A stretch of 64,000 bases of DNA from Candidatus Bathyarchaeia archaeon. Lineage in GTDB: Archaea > Thermoproteota > Bathyarchaeia > 40CM-2-53-6. Positions 39,277 to 48,661 of the stretch are shown piece after piece. The DNA lies in NCBI GenBank assembly GCA_050013255.1, contig JBEKFP010000003.1:160001-224000 (forward strand), read 5' to 3'. A model generated the notes under the pieces. The model was given only the letters and a program-made list of their open reading frames with translations, was not told the DNA's origin and did not search any database. A program made the translations under genes and the position numbers. The first letter of the stretch is position 1. The number at the start of each line of letters is the position of its first letter.

Positions 39277-39969
39277 ACTGTAGAGCAACCACCCAAATAT
39301 GCAAGTCATACCGAGCAACGCAGCAAGCCATAGTCCAAAGAGCAGGGATGACGAAGATGTCGCCCTGAAGCTCAAGATCGCCCCCTCTGCATCGTCCATT
39401 TCAAGCTCAAAATGCGTGGATCGTGCAACGAGGAAAGGTAGGTACGTGCCGCGCACTTTCCACCTACTGCTCGCTGAGTGATATGTGATCTCATTAATGG
39501 AAACCCGAGAGGATTTGCTCACTGAGGTAATGTAATCTCGGGCGATACGTCCAGCCTCAATTACTGATTTCACCGCGCTAAGATTCTTGGCTGCAGTTTC
39601 AGATTTCTTCATAAGGCCAGGTAGTTGGTCGCTCACTAGAATCATTGCGTCGCCTAGGCTTGAGGTTTCCGTGCTGACTGCCAGCAGTTTATCTTCGCTG
39701 ATATTCGTCAGAATTAGGCCCAAGTCACCGTAGAGAATTCCGACAAGCCCTAGAGATTCCTGGGTTTTGCGGAATTGTGCTGCTGCTCCCGTGATCAGCC
39801 AAAGGCCGAGGGAAGCACTTTCAGTCATTTCGTCGATGATGTTTGATAGTTTCTCAGCGTTGTCTCTAGCTGCCTCTTCTACCACAGCGAAGCGGCCTGC
39901 TCTTTCTTCTAAGATGAACGCCTCGTCTATCCCCTGATGAAGCGCCAGAATGTCCTGGGTCAGCGTCAT
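39262..39969 (-). CDS. Hypothetical protein, roadblock-like N-terminus and C-terminal TM
   Basis: 235-aa ORF, alpha/beta pattern, terminal hydrophobic helix. Confidence 0.55.
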   Translation of the reverse strand: MTLTQDILALHQGIDEAFILEERAGRFAVVEEAARDNAEKLSNIIDEMTESASLGLWLITGAAAQFRKTQESLGLVGILYGDLGLILTNISEDKLLAVSTETSSLGDAMILVSDQLPGLMKKSETAAKNLSAVKSVIEAGRIARDYITSVSKSSRVSINEITYHSASSRWKVRGTYLPFLVARSTHFELEMDDAEGAILSFRATSSSSLLFGLWLAALLGMTCIFGWLLYSLLTR

Positions 39970-40079
39970 CGCTAAAGGCCCGTTTCTACCTAGAAGAACG
40001 ACCTTCGTGGAGATATTACGTTTTGGACCAGCCCACGTCTTTCCAATTCCAATGTCAGGCTAAATACCGCATTCTCCAG

Positions 40080-40399
40080 TTGTTTCCAGAGTATACCAAC
40101 AAGAAAGCAGCCTGATGCAGCCTTAGTCAAGGCTCCTATTCTAGGGTGTATTACACCCCTTCCTTCATTTCGCCAAATCCTGCCTTGAAACGTGCGAGAA
40201 GAACGATCTCTCAGACACCATACATACGGCATACGAGGGAATGGCAAGAGCACATGCGATTGGCAGAGACTACAAATCTGCGCGAGAATACGTCGCCAAA
40301 GCACGCGAGCAACTCGCCCGCCTAACTGGGCTAGACAAAGAGGACACAAAAATCTACTCAGACCAAATTCATGAAAGTGAAGAGTTGATAGACAGATAG
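40080..40399 (+). pseudogene. Degraded 3' part of a TPR-like conserved protein
   Basis: SRVY (other frame), then LHFAKSCLETCEKN..AYEGMARAHA..DKED..* with no intact 5' end. Confidence 0.45.
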
Positions 40400-40446
40400 G
40401 CAGAGCGCTGATGCTCCGAAGTGCCAGTGAAGAAACATCCGCTCGT

Positions 40447-42279
40447 TCAAGTTGATGCGAAGGCCCTCGCCGAGTTGAAAATGACGAAGAGGTCTGCGAT
40501 CTCATGAATTGTTGCGCCCATAATTGGATTGATGAGCCCGGCCGCCGATAAAGCAACCCCGATTGCGTTTGCCGAGAGCCCAATTGCAATGCTTTGTTTA
40601 GCGATTCGGAGCATTCTTCTGCTGAGGCTGATAGCCGACGGGACTTTTTCTAGGTCGTCGGTCATTATTGTGAAATCGGCCGTTTCGATAGCTATGTCGG
40701 AACCCGCAGCGCCCATTGCTATCCCTACATCTGCCGAGGCTAGTGCGGGAGCATCATTTATCCCGTCGCCCACCATTGCGACCCGATAACCCGCTTTCTT
40801 CAATTCGGTTATGTGCATGGCTTTTTCTTCCGGCAGAACCTCAGCGAAGACATCCGCGATGCCGACCTTCTTCCCGATTTTTGCGCCCGTTCTCTCCGTA
40901 TCCCCTGTAAGCATCACGACCTTGCTGATTCCCAGTTGCTCTAGTTTTCTGATCGACTCACGGGCGTTCGGTTTCAACGTATCCCCAAGGACAATTGCAC
41001 CGCATATTTTCTCGTTACGCGCCATGAAGATCGTGGTATCATCAAATTCTGATAAGGAAGCTTTCGTTTGGAGTGGAACGTGGATTAGTTGGCTTGACAT
41101 GAATTTCGCATTTCCGACGAGGACCCTAGCACCTTCGAATTCAGCCATCACTCCTCCTCCAGGCAACTCTCTGAAATCGTCTGGATATGGAATCGTCAGG
41201 TCGTGTTCGTCGGCAAAGCGTTGCACAGCCCCGGCGATAGGGTGCGTAGAGAAACGCTCCGCAATAGCAGCATCCGTTATCACATCTGCGTCGCTGTATC
41301 CATTGAACCCCTTCACAGAGGCGACTCTAAGTTTTCCGAATGTCAAAGTGCCAGTCTTGTCAAAGACAACCGCATTAACAGTCCCGGCTAACTCTAGTGC
41401 GTCTCCGCCCCGAACTAGGATTCCAGATTTCGCAGCTCTTCCAATTGTGGATACAACGGCTACGGGCGTTGCCAAGAGGAGTGGACAAGGGCTAGCTGTT
41501 AGAAGAATCGTCACTGACCTTACCACTTGGCCAGTGAATACGTAGACAATTATTGCCAGCCCGATGATTAGCGGCGTAAACCATTTCGCGTAACGGTCTG
41601 CGACTCGCTGGATTCTTGCCTTGCTACTTTGAGCTTGACGAACGAGTCTGATGATGTGTGCAAATTTCGTGTCCTCTCCGACCCTAGTGGCCCTGACGTA
41701 AAGAGCCCCATTCTGGCATATCGTCCCACTGAGGACGCTACTGCCGAATGACTTTTCCACCGGCAGAGATTCCCCCGTGATAGGTGATTGGTCTACCGCC
41801 GCGTTTCCGCCGACCACTTCGCCATCGACGGTGATTCTGTCGCCCGGTTTGATTACTAGGACGTCGCCAGGTTTGAGCTGTTCGACTTGTACTGTTTCAA
41901 CTTTCCCTGCCCGGAGGACGTTTGCTGTCTTTGGGCGTATTTTGACGAGGGCGTCGATTGCTCGTGATGCCCGGCCTGCGGCGTATTCTTCTATGGCTTG
42001 GCCACCGAGAAGCATTACGGCAACAATTGCGGCTGGGAGAAACTCGTGGATGGCTACGGCTGATATTACCGCGATGCTGGCCAACAGGTCCACGCTAAGG
42101 TTTCCGTGCACCAATTCGGCGAGTGCCCCGTACAGCATAATCACACCGCCTACAATTGCGACTGTCAAGGCCACAATGTCACTAAGTTGTTCCGAAACAA
42201 CGGCCAACAAAAGCCAGCTAATTACCACTAGGACTCCGAGCACCACGGGGAAAATGACACGTGTGCTCGGACGGGCCAT
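40447..42279 (-). CDS. P1B-type heavy-metal ATPase without N-terminal metal-binding domain
   Basis: TGES, SPCP, DKTGT, THP, GDGINDAPAL, HEIAD. Confidence 0.93.
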   Translation of the reverse strand: MARPSTRVIFPVVLGVLVVISWLLLAVVSEQLSDIVALTVAIVGGVIMLYGALAELVHGNLSVDLLASIAVISAVAIHEFLPAAIVAVMLLGGQAIEEYAAGRASRAIDALVKIRPKTANVLRAGKVETVQVEQLKPGDVLVIKPGDRITVDGEVVGGNAAVDQSPITGESLPVEKSFGSSVLSGTICQNGALYVRATRVGEDTKFAHIIRLVRQAQSSKARIQRVADRYAKWFTPLIIGLAIIVYVFTGQVVRSVTILLTASPCPLLLATPVAVVSTIGRAAKSGILVRGGDALELAGTVNAVVFDKTGTLTFGKLRVASVKGFNGYSDADVITDAAIAERFSTHPIAGAVQRFADEHDLTIPYPDDFRELPGGGVMAEFEGARVLVGNAKFMSSQLIHVPLQTKASLSEFDDTTIFMARNEKICGAIVLGDTLKPNARESIRKLEQLGISKVVMLTGDTERTGAKIGKKVGIADVFAEVLPEEKAMHITELKKAGYRVAMVGDGINDAPALASADVGIAMGAAGSDIAIETADFTIMTDDLEKVPSAISLSRRMLRIAKQSIAIGLSANAIGVALSAAGLINPIMGATIHEIADLFVIFNSARAFAST

Positions 42280-42380
42280 TGCTCATGTCCACTTGCAAAG
42301 CAGATTCTGTGAGTCCGGTATAAGGAAACGCGGCGATTCCCGCCGACAAGAACGACTAAGCGAGCAACAAATGAACTTGC

Positions 42381-42527
42381 TTGTTCGATGGCGTTATCGA
42401 AATCTACGAGCGGGAGCAGAAGGAGAGAGCAAGACGGTTTTTGGTAGCCAAGAGATTGTCCCACCGCAAGTATTCCGAAACGGAGGCTGTCACCCGCGAC
42501 GCTTTTGCCATAGCGTTAATTGGCTAA
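42381..42527 (+). pseudogene. Fragment resembling the C-terminus of a KaiC/RAD55-like ATPase
   Basis: LFDGVIEIYEREQKERARRFLVAKRL..RKY. Confidence 0.4.
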
Positions 42528-42783
42528 CGCTGAAGCGATCGGAAAAACAAGTCTTCGCAGCAGCTGGACCTTCACCGGCTAACAGTATCCATTATTCTGC
42601 GGGCTCCCGCACTCAAGATCCATCTCACGTTATGATCAATTGGGCCAGACTCGTCATCGCCCGCCAGTAAAACTACTCCGAGCCCCGCTAATTTGCGTAT
42701 CTAAACTGAGTGCTTTGCAAGCTTATTTTCAACCTGACTCGTAGTCGCACTTCAAGTGTGCGAACGAAGGTAAATCCAAGAAA

Positions 42784-43758
42784 TTGCCTGCGGTGCGAAT
42801 AGTCCCCATCGGCTTCGAGAGTTTGGGCGTCAGGTCGATGTGCACTTTCATCGAGACGCCCGACGTGAGGGTCCTGGTTGATGCGGGTGTTGCGTTGGGG
42901 CCACGGTTCCGAAAACTTCCCCATCCGCGGGAGTACCGTGCACGCGACCAGTGCCGTATGCGGATTAGGGAGTATGCGGCGAAGGCCGATGTTGTAATTA
43001 TTTCTCACTACCACAACGACCACCACACGCCAAACTACACTGAACCCGTATGGCTGGGAAGCAGCGCCGAAGAATCAGAGCAAATCTATCGGGACAAACT
43101 CGTTCTTACCAAGGACATTCGTAATGCGATTAACTTCAACCAGCGCAGAAGAGGCTGGATGTTCCAAAGATTCGTGAAACGAATCGGGAGCAAGTGCGAA
43201 GTGGCTGATGGGAAGAAGTATGAATTTGGCGCCACGACGATAAGCATCTCTAAACCTGTCCCACACGGTGAAGACGAAACTGTACTAGGCTGGGTTCTCA
43301 TGACTATGGTGGAAACTCAAGGGGAGAGAGTACTTCACGCCTCAGACGTTCAGGGCCCCATGTCGAAAGTAACGACACGCATGATACTGAAAAAGAACCC
43401 TGGGATTCTAGTGCTGGGCGGGCCGCCGCTATACTTGGAAGGCGTCCGCGTGGAGAAAACCTCCATTCAAAAAGGACTAGACAACGCCTCTACTATCGCG
43501 GGGAAGATCCCGAAGGTAATCTTCGAACACCATGTACTCCGATCCGCGAACTGGAAGGAACAAGCAGGACAGGTCATTGAGGCCGCTTGTAGGGTGGGTC
43601 ACGAAGTCGTTACCGCGGCTGAATTCTCGGGGGAACAGCCGATGCTGCTTGAATCAATTCGGGAACGTTTGTATGAAGAGGAGCCGCCTTCTGAGGAGTT
43701 CATGAAATGGACCCAGCTCAACCACGAGAAGCGAAGGCAACAAGCCCCACCTGTTTAG
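42784..43758 (+). CDS. UPF0282-like MBL-fold hydrolase
   Basis: ESLGVRSM, SHYHNDH, PHG, SDVQGP, GGPP, EHH. Confidence 0.85.
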   Translation: MPAVRIVPIGFESLGVRSMCTFIETPDVRVLVDAGVALGPRFRKLPHPREYRARDQCRMRIREYAAKADVVIISHYHNDHHTPNYTEPVWLGSSAEESEQIYRDKLVLTKDIRNAINFNQRRRGWMFQRFVKRIGSKCEVADGKKYEFGATTISISKPVPHGEDETVLGWVLMTMVETQGERVLHASDVQGPMSKVTTRMILKKNPGILVLGGPPLYLEGVRVEKTSIQKGLDNASTIAGKIPKVIFEHHVLRSANWKEQAGQVIEAACRVGHEVVTAAEFSGEQPMLLESIRERLYEEEPPSEEFMKWTQLNHEKRRQQAPPV

Positions 43759-43874
43759 GGCCTACAGCTAATTGCATTCGTGACCTGATTTGGTTGGTTT
43801 ATGTCACGGTTTGACTTGTTTCCATGTAAAATAAACGGGAAATGGGATGGAGGGATGGACGGAGAGAGTTCCGC

Positions 43875-44036
43875 TTATGCGCCTGCTAGCTTTGTCGCTA
43901 GCCTGAACTTCTTTCCGCACGAGGGGCAGGAGAAGTGTTTGATGTGCAGCGCCGGGCCTCGCCCGTCTTTGGGGTGCATATCCCATTCCTTTGCTGGGCC
44001 TGTGACTTCACCGCCGCATTTGAGACATTTCACCAT
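43875..44036 (-). CDS. Cren7-like small DNA-binding protein with zinc-ribbon cysteines
   Basis: MVKCLKCGGEVTGPAKEWDMHPK..HIKHFSCPSCGKKFR; GAGGTGA RBS. Confidence 0.7.
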   Translation of the reverse strand: MVKCLKCGGEVTGPAKEWDMHPKDGRGPALHIKHFSCPSCGKKFRLATKLAGA

Positions 44037-44262
44037 GAGTTTCACCTCTTCGCATGTTGGCCGCCGGACAGTGGGCATGGGCTGTGAATGGTGAGGTGGA
44101 TTGGGGGTAAGTTCAGGAGGATTTCCCCGTGTCCAACCGAGCGGGCTGCCATGGCCCGGCCATACATAATTATTGGTATATGAATGTTTCATTTATGGTA
44201 CATTAATATACCTCGGCAACCAATTCCCAATTCAATCGCAATCACAGGAGGTAAGTCAAGCA

Positions 44263-44412
44263 ATGAATGGAGAATCCAAAAGAAGCTTCGCCGTAGCCCT
44301 CGCATCCTTCGCAGTGGGCGCAGTCATCGCCGGTGTCCTCGGTAACTCAAAGACACGCGAGAAGCTGGTCGAAGCAAGCAAGAAGCTATCAAACCACACA
44401 AGCGTCGCGTAG
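44263..44412 (+). CDS. Small single-TM protein (YtxH-like)
   Basis: AGGAGGT RBS; FAVGAVIAGVLG followed by TREKL. Confidence 0.65.
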   Translation: MNGESKRSFAVALASFAVGAVIAGVLGNSKTREKLVEASKKLSNHTSVA

Positions 44413-44422
44413 ACGACCTCTA

Positions 44423-44449
44423 AAAGGCCAAACGGCCTTTCCTATTTTT
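44423..44449 (+). terminator. Hairpin plus T-tract terminator
   Basis: AAAGGCC-aaac-GGCCTTT followed by cctattttt. Confidence 0.55.
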
Positions 44450-44492
44450 CCATCCTTCCCGTACTCTCGGAAAGACTTATTTTCGATTTCAA

Positions 44493-44569
44493 CGCCTTTG
44501 CAGCAAGGCGCGTGAGTGGGGCCTCCCACCCGTTGCGCTGAAGAAACCCCGGAGTAGGGAGGTAAACTA
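44493..44569 (+). promoter_or_regulatory. Structured 5' leader of queT (candidate translational switch)
   Basis: GTGGG/CCCAC hairpin overlapping anti-SD CCTCCC complementary to SD GGGAGG. Confidence 0.45.
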
Positions 44570-45103
44570 GTGAAAAGCAAGAGTTCAATATTCGTTACTT
44601 TGACCGCCGTGTTTGCAGCCATTTACGCTGTAGGCGTTGTGGTTCTCGCACAGATTAGTTTCCTGCCCTTCCAAGTAAGAGTCGCAGATGCGCTTCTACC
44701 TCTAGCGATTGTTTTTGGTTGGCCAGCGGTGATTGGGTTATCGATTGGTGCTTTCGTTGCCAACGTTTTCGGCGGCTTGGGGCCTATCGATATGTTTGGT
44801 GGATCCATGGCCAACTTTCTTGCCACCTTCGCCGCATGGCGGATAGCCCGCAACAGGTCAAAATCCTGGGGATTGGTTGGAGTAACCGTCGAGATCCTTG
44901 TAGTTACATTGATCGTGGGGAGTTACCTTAGCTACCTGTTTGCAATTCCCCTCGAGGTGGGTTGGGCTGATGTTATGTTAGGGAGCATCATAGCCATCGG
45001 TATACTGGGTTCGATTCTGTACTTCGCGGTAAAGGAGCGAGCAGCCGCACTCCTCAAGCCATACGGATTAGCCCAAAGTAACACCAACTCGAAGAAACGC
45101 TAG
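44570..45103 (+). CDS. queT: QueT family transporter (ECF S-component)
   Basis: AAIY, ISF.PFQVRVADAL, GL.IG...AN, G.IDM.GG. Confidence 0.85.
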   Translation: MKSKSSIFVTLTAVFAAIYAVGVVVLAQISFLPFQVRVADALLPLAIVFGWPAVIGLSIGAFVANVFGGLGPIDMFGGSMANFLATFAAWRIARNRSKSWGLVGVTVEILVVTLIVGSYLSYLFAIPLEVGWADVMLGSIIAIGILGSILYFAVKERAAALLKPYGLAQSNTNSKKR

Positions 45104-45189
45104 GCGCTTCACGGCTCTTTCCAGCCGGATATTCTAGGAATAAGCCTCATAGCCGTGGCCGACGCAGAGCCGGGACTTGTGACCTGTGA

Positions 45190-46167
45190 ATGGCCCCGCA
45201 ACCTTCACGCCCAAAAATCGCCCTATGTTCCGTTGACGAATCCATTGAAGAACTTCAAGACATGCTTGCTAAGCATTTTGACGTTAAGATGAAGCCGTGC
45301 AAGAATGAGGACGAATTAATCGAGTTCGCCGCGGACGCGGACGGAATATTCGTTGACCTCTTGCCGGTAACCGAGAGTGCGATTGAGAAGCTCCCGAAAT
45401 GTAAAGCCATAGTCTTGTACAGCGATGGTTTTGATTACGTGGACTACGCGGCCGCCGCGAAACGTGGAATAAGCGTCTCACACATGCCCGATTACTGCGT
45501 GGAGGAGGTAGCCGACCACGCGGTCATAATGGCCCTCGCTCTCACGAGGAAATTATGGCAAGCAAATGCGGATGTCAAAAACAAGATTTGGGACTGGCCA
45601 AGGCTTAGGCCCATTAAGGCGCTTCGAGACAGCGTCATGGGGATCATCGGCTTAGGCCGTCTAGGGTCCGTGGCCGCTCTCCGAGCGCGCGCCTTTGGAA
45701 TGCGAGTTTTGGAATACGACCCTTACATACCGCCAGGGCGCGAGAAAGTTTTCGGAGCCGAAGCAGTTGATCTTGAGACTTTACTAAAAGAAAGCGATGT
45801 CGTCACTATACATGTCCCGCTAACCAAAGAGACCCACCATATGGTCGCCGAACGCCAATTGCGCGCAATGAAGGAGACAGCTTATCTCATCAACACGTCG
45901 CGGGGCAAGGTGGTGGATACACTTGCCCTCTACAAGGCGTTGAAAGATGGTTGGATCGCTGGCGCGGCCCTGGATGTCCTCGAAGAGGAGCCGCCAAAAA
46001 CTTCGGACCCCTTACTTGCATTACCGAACCTCATTCTCACGCCACACACCGCCTTCTACTCGGAGCGTTCAATCAAGGAGAAGCAGAGGAAGGTCGTTGA
46101 AGAGTTCTCTAGGATCCTAAGCGGCCAGCCCGGTCGCTATAGGGTTCAGCCTCCAACCTACGGATAA
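45190..46167 (+). CDS. D-2-hydroxyacid dehydrogenase (CtBP-like)
   Basis: DYCVEEVADHA, GLGRLG, NTSRG, EEPP, TPHTAFYS. Confidence 0.9.
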   Translation: MAPQPSRPKIALCSVDESIEELQDMLAKHFDVKMKPCKNEDELIEFAADADGIFVDLLPVTESAIEKLPKCKAIVLYSDGFDYVDYAAAAKRGISVSHMPDYCVEEVADHAVIMALALTRKLWQANADVKNKIWDWPRLRPIKALRDSVMGIIGLGRLGSVAALRARAFGMRVLEYDPYIPPGREKVFGAEAVDLETLLKESDVVTIHVPLTKETHHMVAERQLRAMKETAYLINTSRGKVVDTLALYKALKDGWIAGAALDVLEEEPPKTSDPLLALPNLILTPHTAFYSERSIKEKQRKVVEEFSRILSGQPGRYRVQPPTYG

Positions 46168-46209
46168 CTGCTTGCTGAGGGTAACCGCAAAGGCGTTGGG
46201 GAGAGCAAG

Positions 46210-46725
46210 TTGGGTAAGATTGAGCTCATGCTTGGCGACATTACCAAGCAAAGCGTTGACGCAATTGTAAACGCTGCCAACACAACACTGCTGGGTGGCG
46301 GCGGAGTTGACGGCGCTATTCATCGCGCCGCTGGCCCTGAACTCTTAGAGGAATGCCGCAGAATCGGCGGCTGCCCGACGGGAGAAGCAAGAATTACGAA
46401 AGCATACCGGCTTCCAGCGAAACATGTGATACATACGGTGGGTCCGGTTTGGAGCGGAGGAAAAACGAATGAAGAAGAGCTTCTTCGAAACTGCTATAGG
46501 AACTCGATGAATCTTGCAGATGAAAACGGGGTTAAGACGATTGCTTTTCCATCAATAGGCACGGGCGCATATGGATTCCCCATCGAAAGGGCCGCGCCGA
46601 TTGCCCTCCGAGTAGTCCGCGAGAACCTCGAGAAGATGAACCGTATCGAGAAAGTTGTCTTCATGTGTTTCTCGCAATCTGATTACGAAGTTTACGAGAA
46701 ATCTATGAAACTAAAAATAGCATAA
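46210..46725 (+). CDS. Macro domain O-acetyl-ADP-ribose deacetylase
   Basis: [33 protein letters not shown]. Confidence 0.92.
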   Translation: MGKIELMLGDITKQSVDAIVNAANTTLLGGGGVDGAIHRAAGPELLEECRRIGGCPTGEARITKAYRLPAKHVIHTVGPVWSGGKTNEEELLRNCYRNSMNLADENGVKTIAFPSIGTGAYGFPIERAAPIALRVVRENLEKMNRIEKVVFMCFSQSDYEVYEKSMKLKIA

Positions 46726-46779
46726 GCCATTGGTTAACCATTAAATCAGACTCAAGGCACAAAAGCTAGGCTGACCATC

Positions 46780-47280
46780 ATGGATTCTCATCGTGTCGTG
46801 GGTGCTGTGCACCAAATGAGCGTCAAGCCAGAGGCGCATGGCGAGAGGGGGCTCCCGAAAACCCCGGTCGATCGAGCCTTAGTTAGGTGGACTGGGCTTG
46901 TGGGCGACTTCAACAGGTATAGACATGAGGAAACGCACGACGACCTTGCGATGGCTGTGCTTCTCATGCCCATCGAAACCATTCAAGAACTCAACGGGGA
47001 AGGTTGGCCGATTAAGCCGGGGGATATCGGGGAGAATTTCACCACATCAGGAATTTCATATGATGCTTTTGCGCCTGGGAAGCGATTTAAGGTTGGGAAA
47101 TCGGTGGTCAGGATCACGAAAGCTTGTGACCCCTGCAGCAACTTGTACCTCCTGCCCTACGTTGGGAAGGACAAGGACATTGTGAAGGCAGTGTACCGGA
47201 GAAGGGGATGGTACGCCAGCGTGGAACAGGAAGGAGAGGTCTCGAAGGGCGACGCGATAGAAGAACTGAGCGGTTCATGA
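46780..47280 (+). CDS. MOSC domain protein
   Basis: GLPK, GL.GD, PG..GEN, CDPC..L, RG.YA. Confidence 0.85.
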   Translation: MDSHRVVGAVHQMSVKPEAHGERGLPKTPVDRALVRWTGLVGDFNRYRHEETHDDLAMAVLLMPIETIQELNGEGWPIKPGDIGENFTTSGISYDAFAPGKRFKVGKSVVRITKACDPCSNLYLLPYVGKDKDIVKAVYRRRGWYASVEQEGEVSKGDAIEELSGS

Positions 47281-47372
47281 GCTACAATAACTAAAATGGT
47301 AAGGGCTACCACAGCCCATAGCGGCTACTTATCCATCTCAGTCACTGCCGAGGGTTCTAAGCGCTAATCGTG

Positions 47373-47492
47373 CTACATTTCGAAGTCACAGTCGGGATTG
47401 GAACATTTCCAAGTATCCGCTACTGGGAGTAGTGTGCCATCATCACATTTCATACATTTTGGAAAGTTGGCTACCGTTATGTTTACTGTCAT
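47373..47492 (-). CDS. 39-aa zinc-ribbon microprotein
   Basis: MTVNITVANFPKCMKCDDGTLLPVADTWKCSNPDCDFEM*; GGAGGTGA RBS; below ORF-track cutoff. Confidence 0.7.
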   Translation of the reverse strand: MTVNITVANFPKCMKCDDGTLLPVADTWKCSNPDCDFEM

Positions 47493-47675
47493 TCAACTCA
47501 CCTCCAAGAGTATCTGATCGTCTAGGGTTGTTTCTAGTGTAGGCACATGCTTTTGTCCGGCTTATATTTGCTAGTGGAAAGTGTAGGAGAAGATTGGACT
47601 TCAAAATGTAACTGCTAATGGGCGTGACGAGGATATTGACACCGGAAGTTCAATGTGCTTATGCATTTCGATTCC

Positions 47676-48467
47676 TCACTCGCGGAGTTCCGCTTCCAAT
47701 ACTGTAACCGCCTGGCCACCAATGTACACTCGCTTATCGCCGACTCGGACACGAATTACGCCGCCGCGTGCAGAGGCCTGGTAAGCTAGGAGTTCGTTCT
47801 TGCCTAGCCGGTCCCGCCAGAAGGGGCCCAAAACGCAATGCGCCGAACCAGTTACTGGATCCTCGTTGATTCCAGCCCTGGGAGCGAAGAAGCGACTAAC
47901 AAAATCATATGGCTCAGTTGTTGCTTTAGCGGTCACGATTAGCCCCCGGATCGGGAGGGCGGAAAGCCGAGTGAAGTCCGGCTTTAATTTTCGAACAGTC
48001 CTTTCCGAGCTAACTTCAACGATGTAATCAAAGCGACTTCTTCCAACGTACTTCGGCTTCGTCCCGAGAGCCTTCGGAAGGCCGGGAGGAACTTTTGACC
48101 GCTTATCTGGTAAGGAGGGGAAATCGAGTTCAATCCATTCACCCTGCCGTTGCGCTGTCAAGAGCCCACTGCGGGTGTGAAACCGAGCAGCGTCCTCGGG
48201 CCTGATGACCCCTTGTTCCCATAGAGTGTGTGCGCTTGCGAGGGTGGCGTGGCCACAAAGGTCCACCTCAACAGTTGGCGTAAACCAGCGCAAGTTGAAT
48301 CCGTCCCCGCGCCTCTGAAGAAAAGCGGTCTCGGATAGGTTCATCTCCCGAGCCACATTCTGCATCCAGGCATCGTCACGTGGTTCCGGAAGGATGCACA
48401 CCCCCGCAGGATTTCCAGCGAAGGGCTTCTCCGTGAATGCGTCCACTTGGAAAATCTTCAGTCCCAT
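47676..48467 (-). CDS. PhzF family epimerase/isomerase
   Basis: VDAF..GNPA, SETAF, EVDLCGHAT, EDPVTGSA. Confidence 0.92.
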   Translation of the reverse strand: MGLKIFQVDAFTEKPFAGNPAGVCILPEPRDDAWMQNVAREMNLSETAFLQRRGDGFNLRWFTPTVEVDLCGHATLASAHTLWEQGVIRPEDAARFHTRSGLLTAQRQGEWIELDFPSLPDKRSKVPPGLPKALGTKPKYVGRSRFDYIVEVSSERTVRKLKPDFTRLSALPIRGLIVTAKATTEPYDFVSRFFAPRAGINEDPVTGSAHCVLGPFWRDRLGKNELLAYQASARGGVIRVRVGDKRVYIGGQAVTVLEAELRE

Positions 48468-48661
48468 GAATCGCTGGTTACCCAAACATGCGTATTATGC
48501 TTTGGATGGCCTGGTTTGTTCGGATAAGGGCCTGCGTACGTGAGCCGTTCAGCCTTCTTGAAGCGTGACCAGTGGCGGTGCGCGCACGCTTGAAGTGACC
48601 CCCCAGGGGGGTGACTCAGTTTTCTGAGTCAAACCGGGCCTGTTTTGCTGTTTTATCGGCC

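Noticed and set aside
40529-42670. Long antisense ORFs over the P1B-ATPase
   Set aside because: Opposite-strand shadows with no motifs
44493-44569. TPP riboswitch or archaeal SECIS
   Set aside because: CTGAAGA and GTAGGGA resemble TPP ends but the P4/P5 arm is missing; no SECIS lower stem and no UGA-interrupted gene
48508-48640. 5S rRNA
   Set aside because: Only a CCGAAC on the minus strand; helix order and other conserved 5S segments absent
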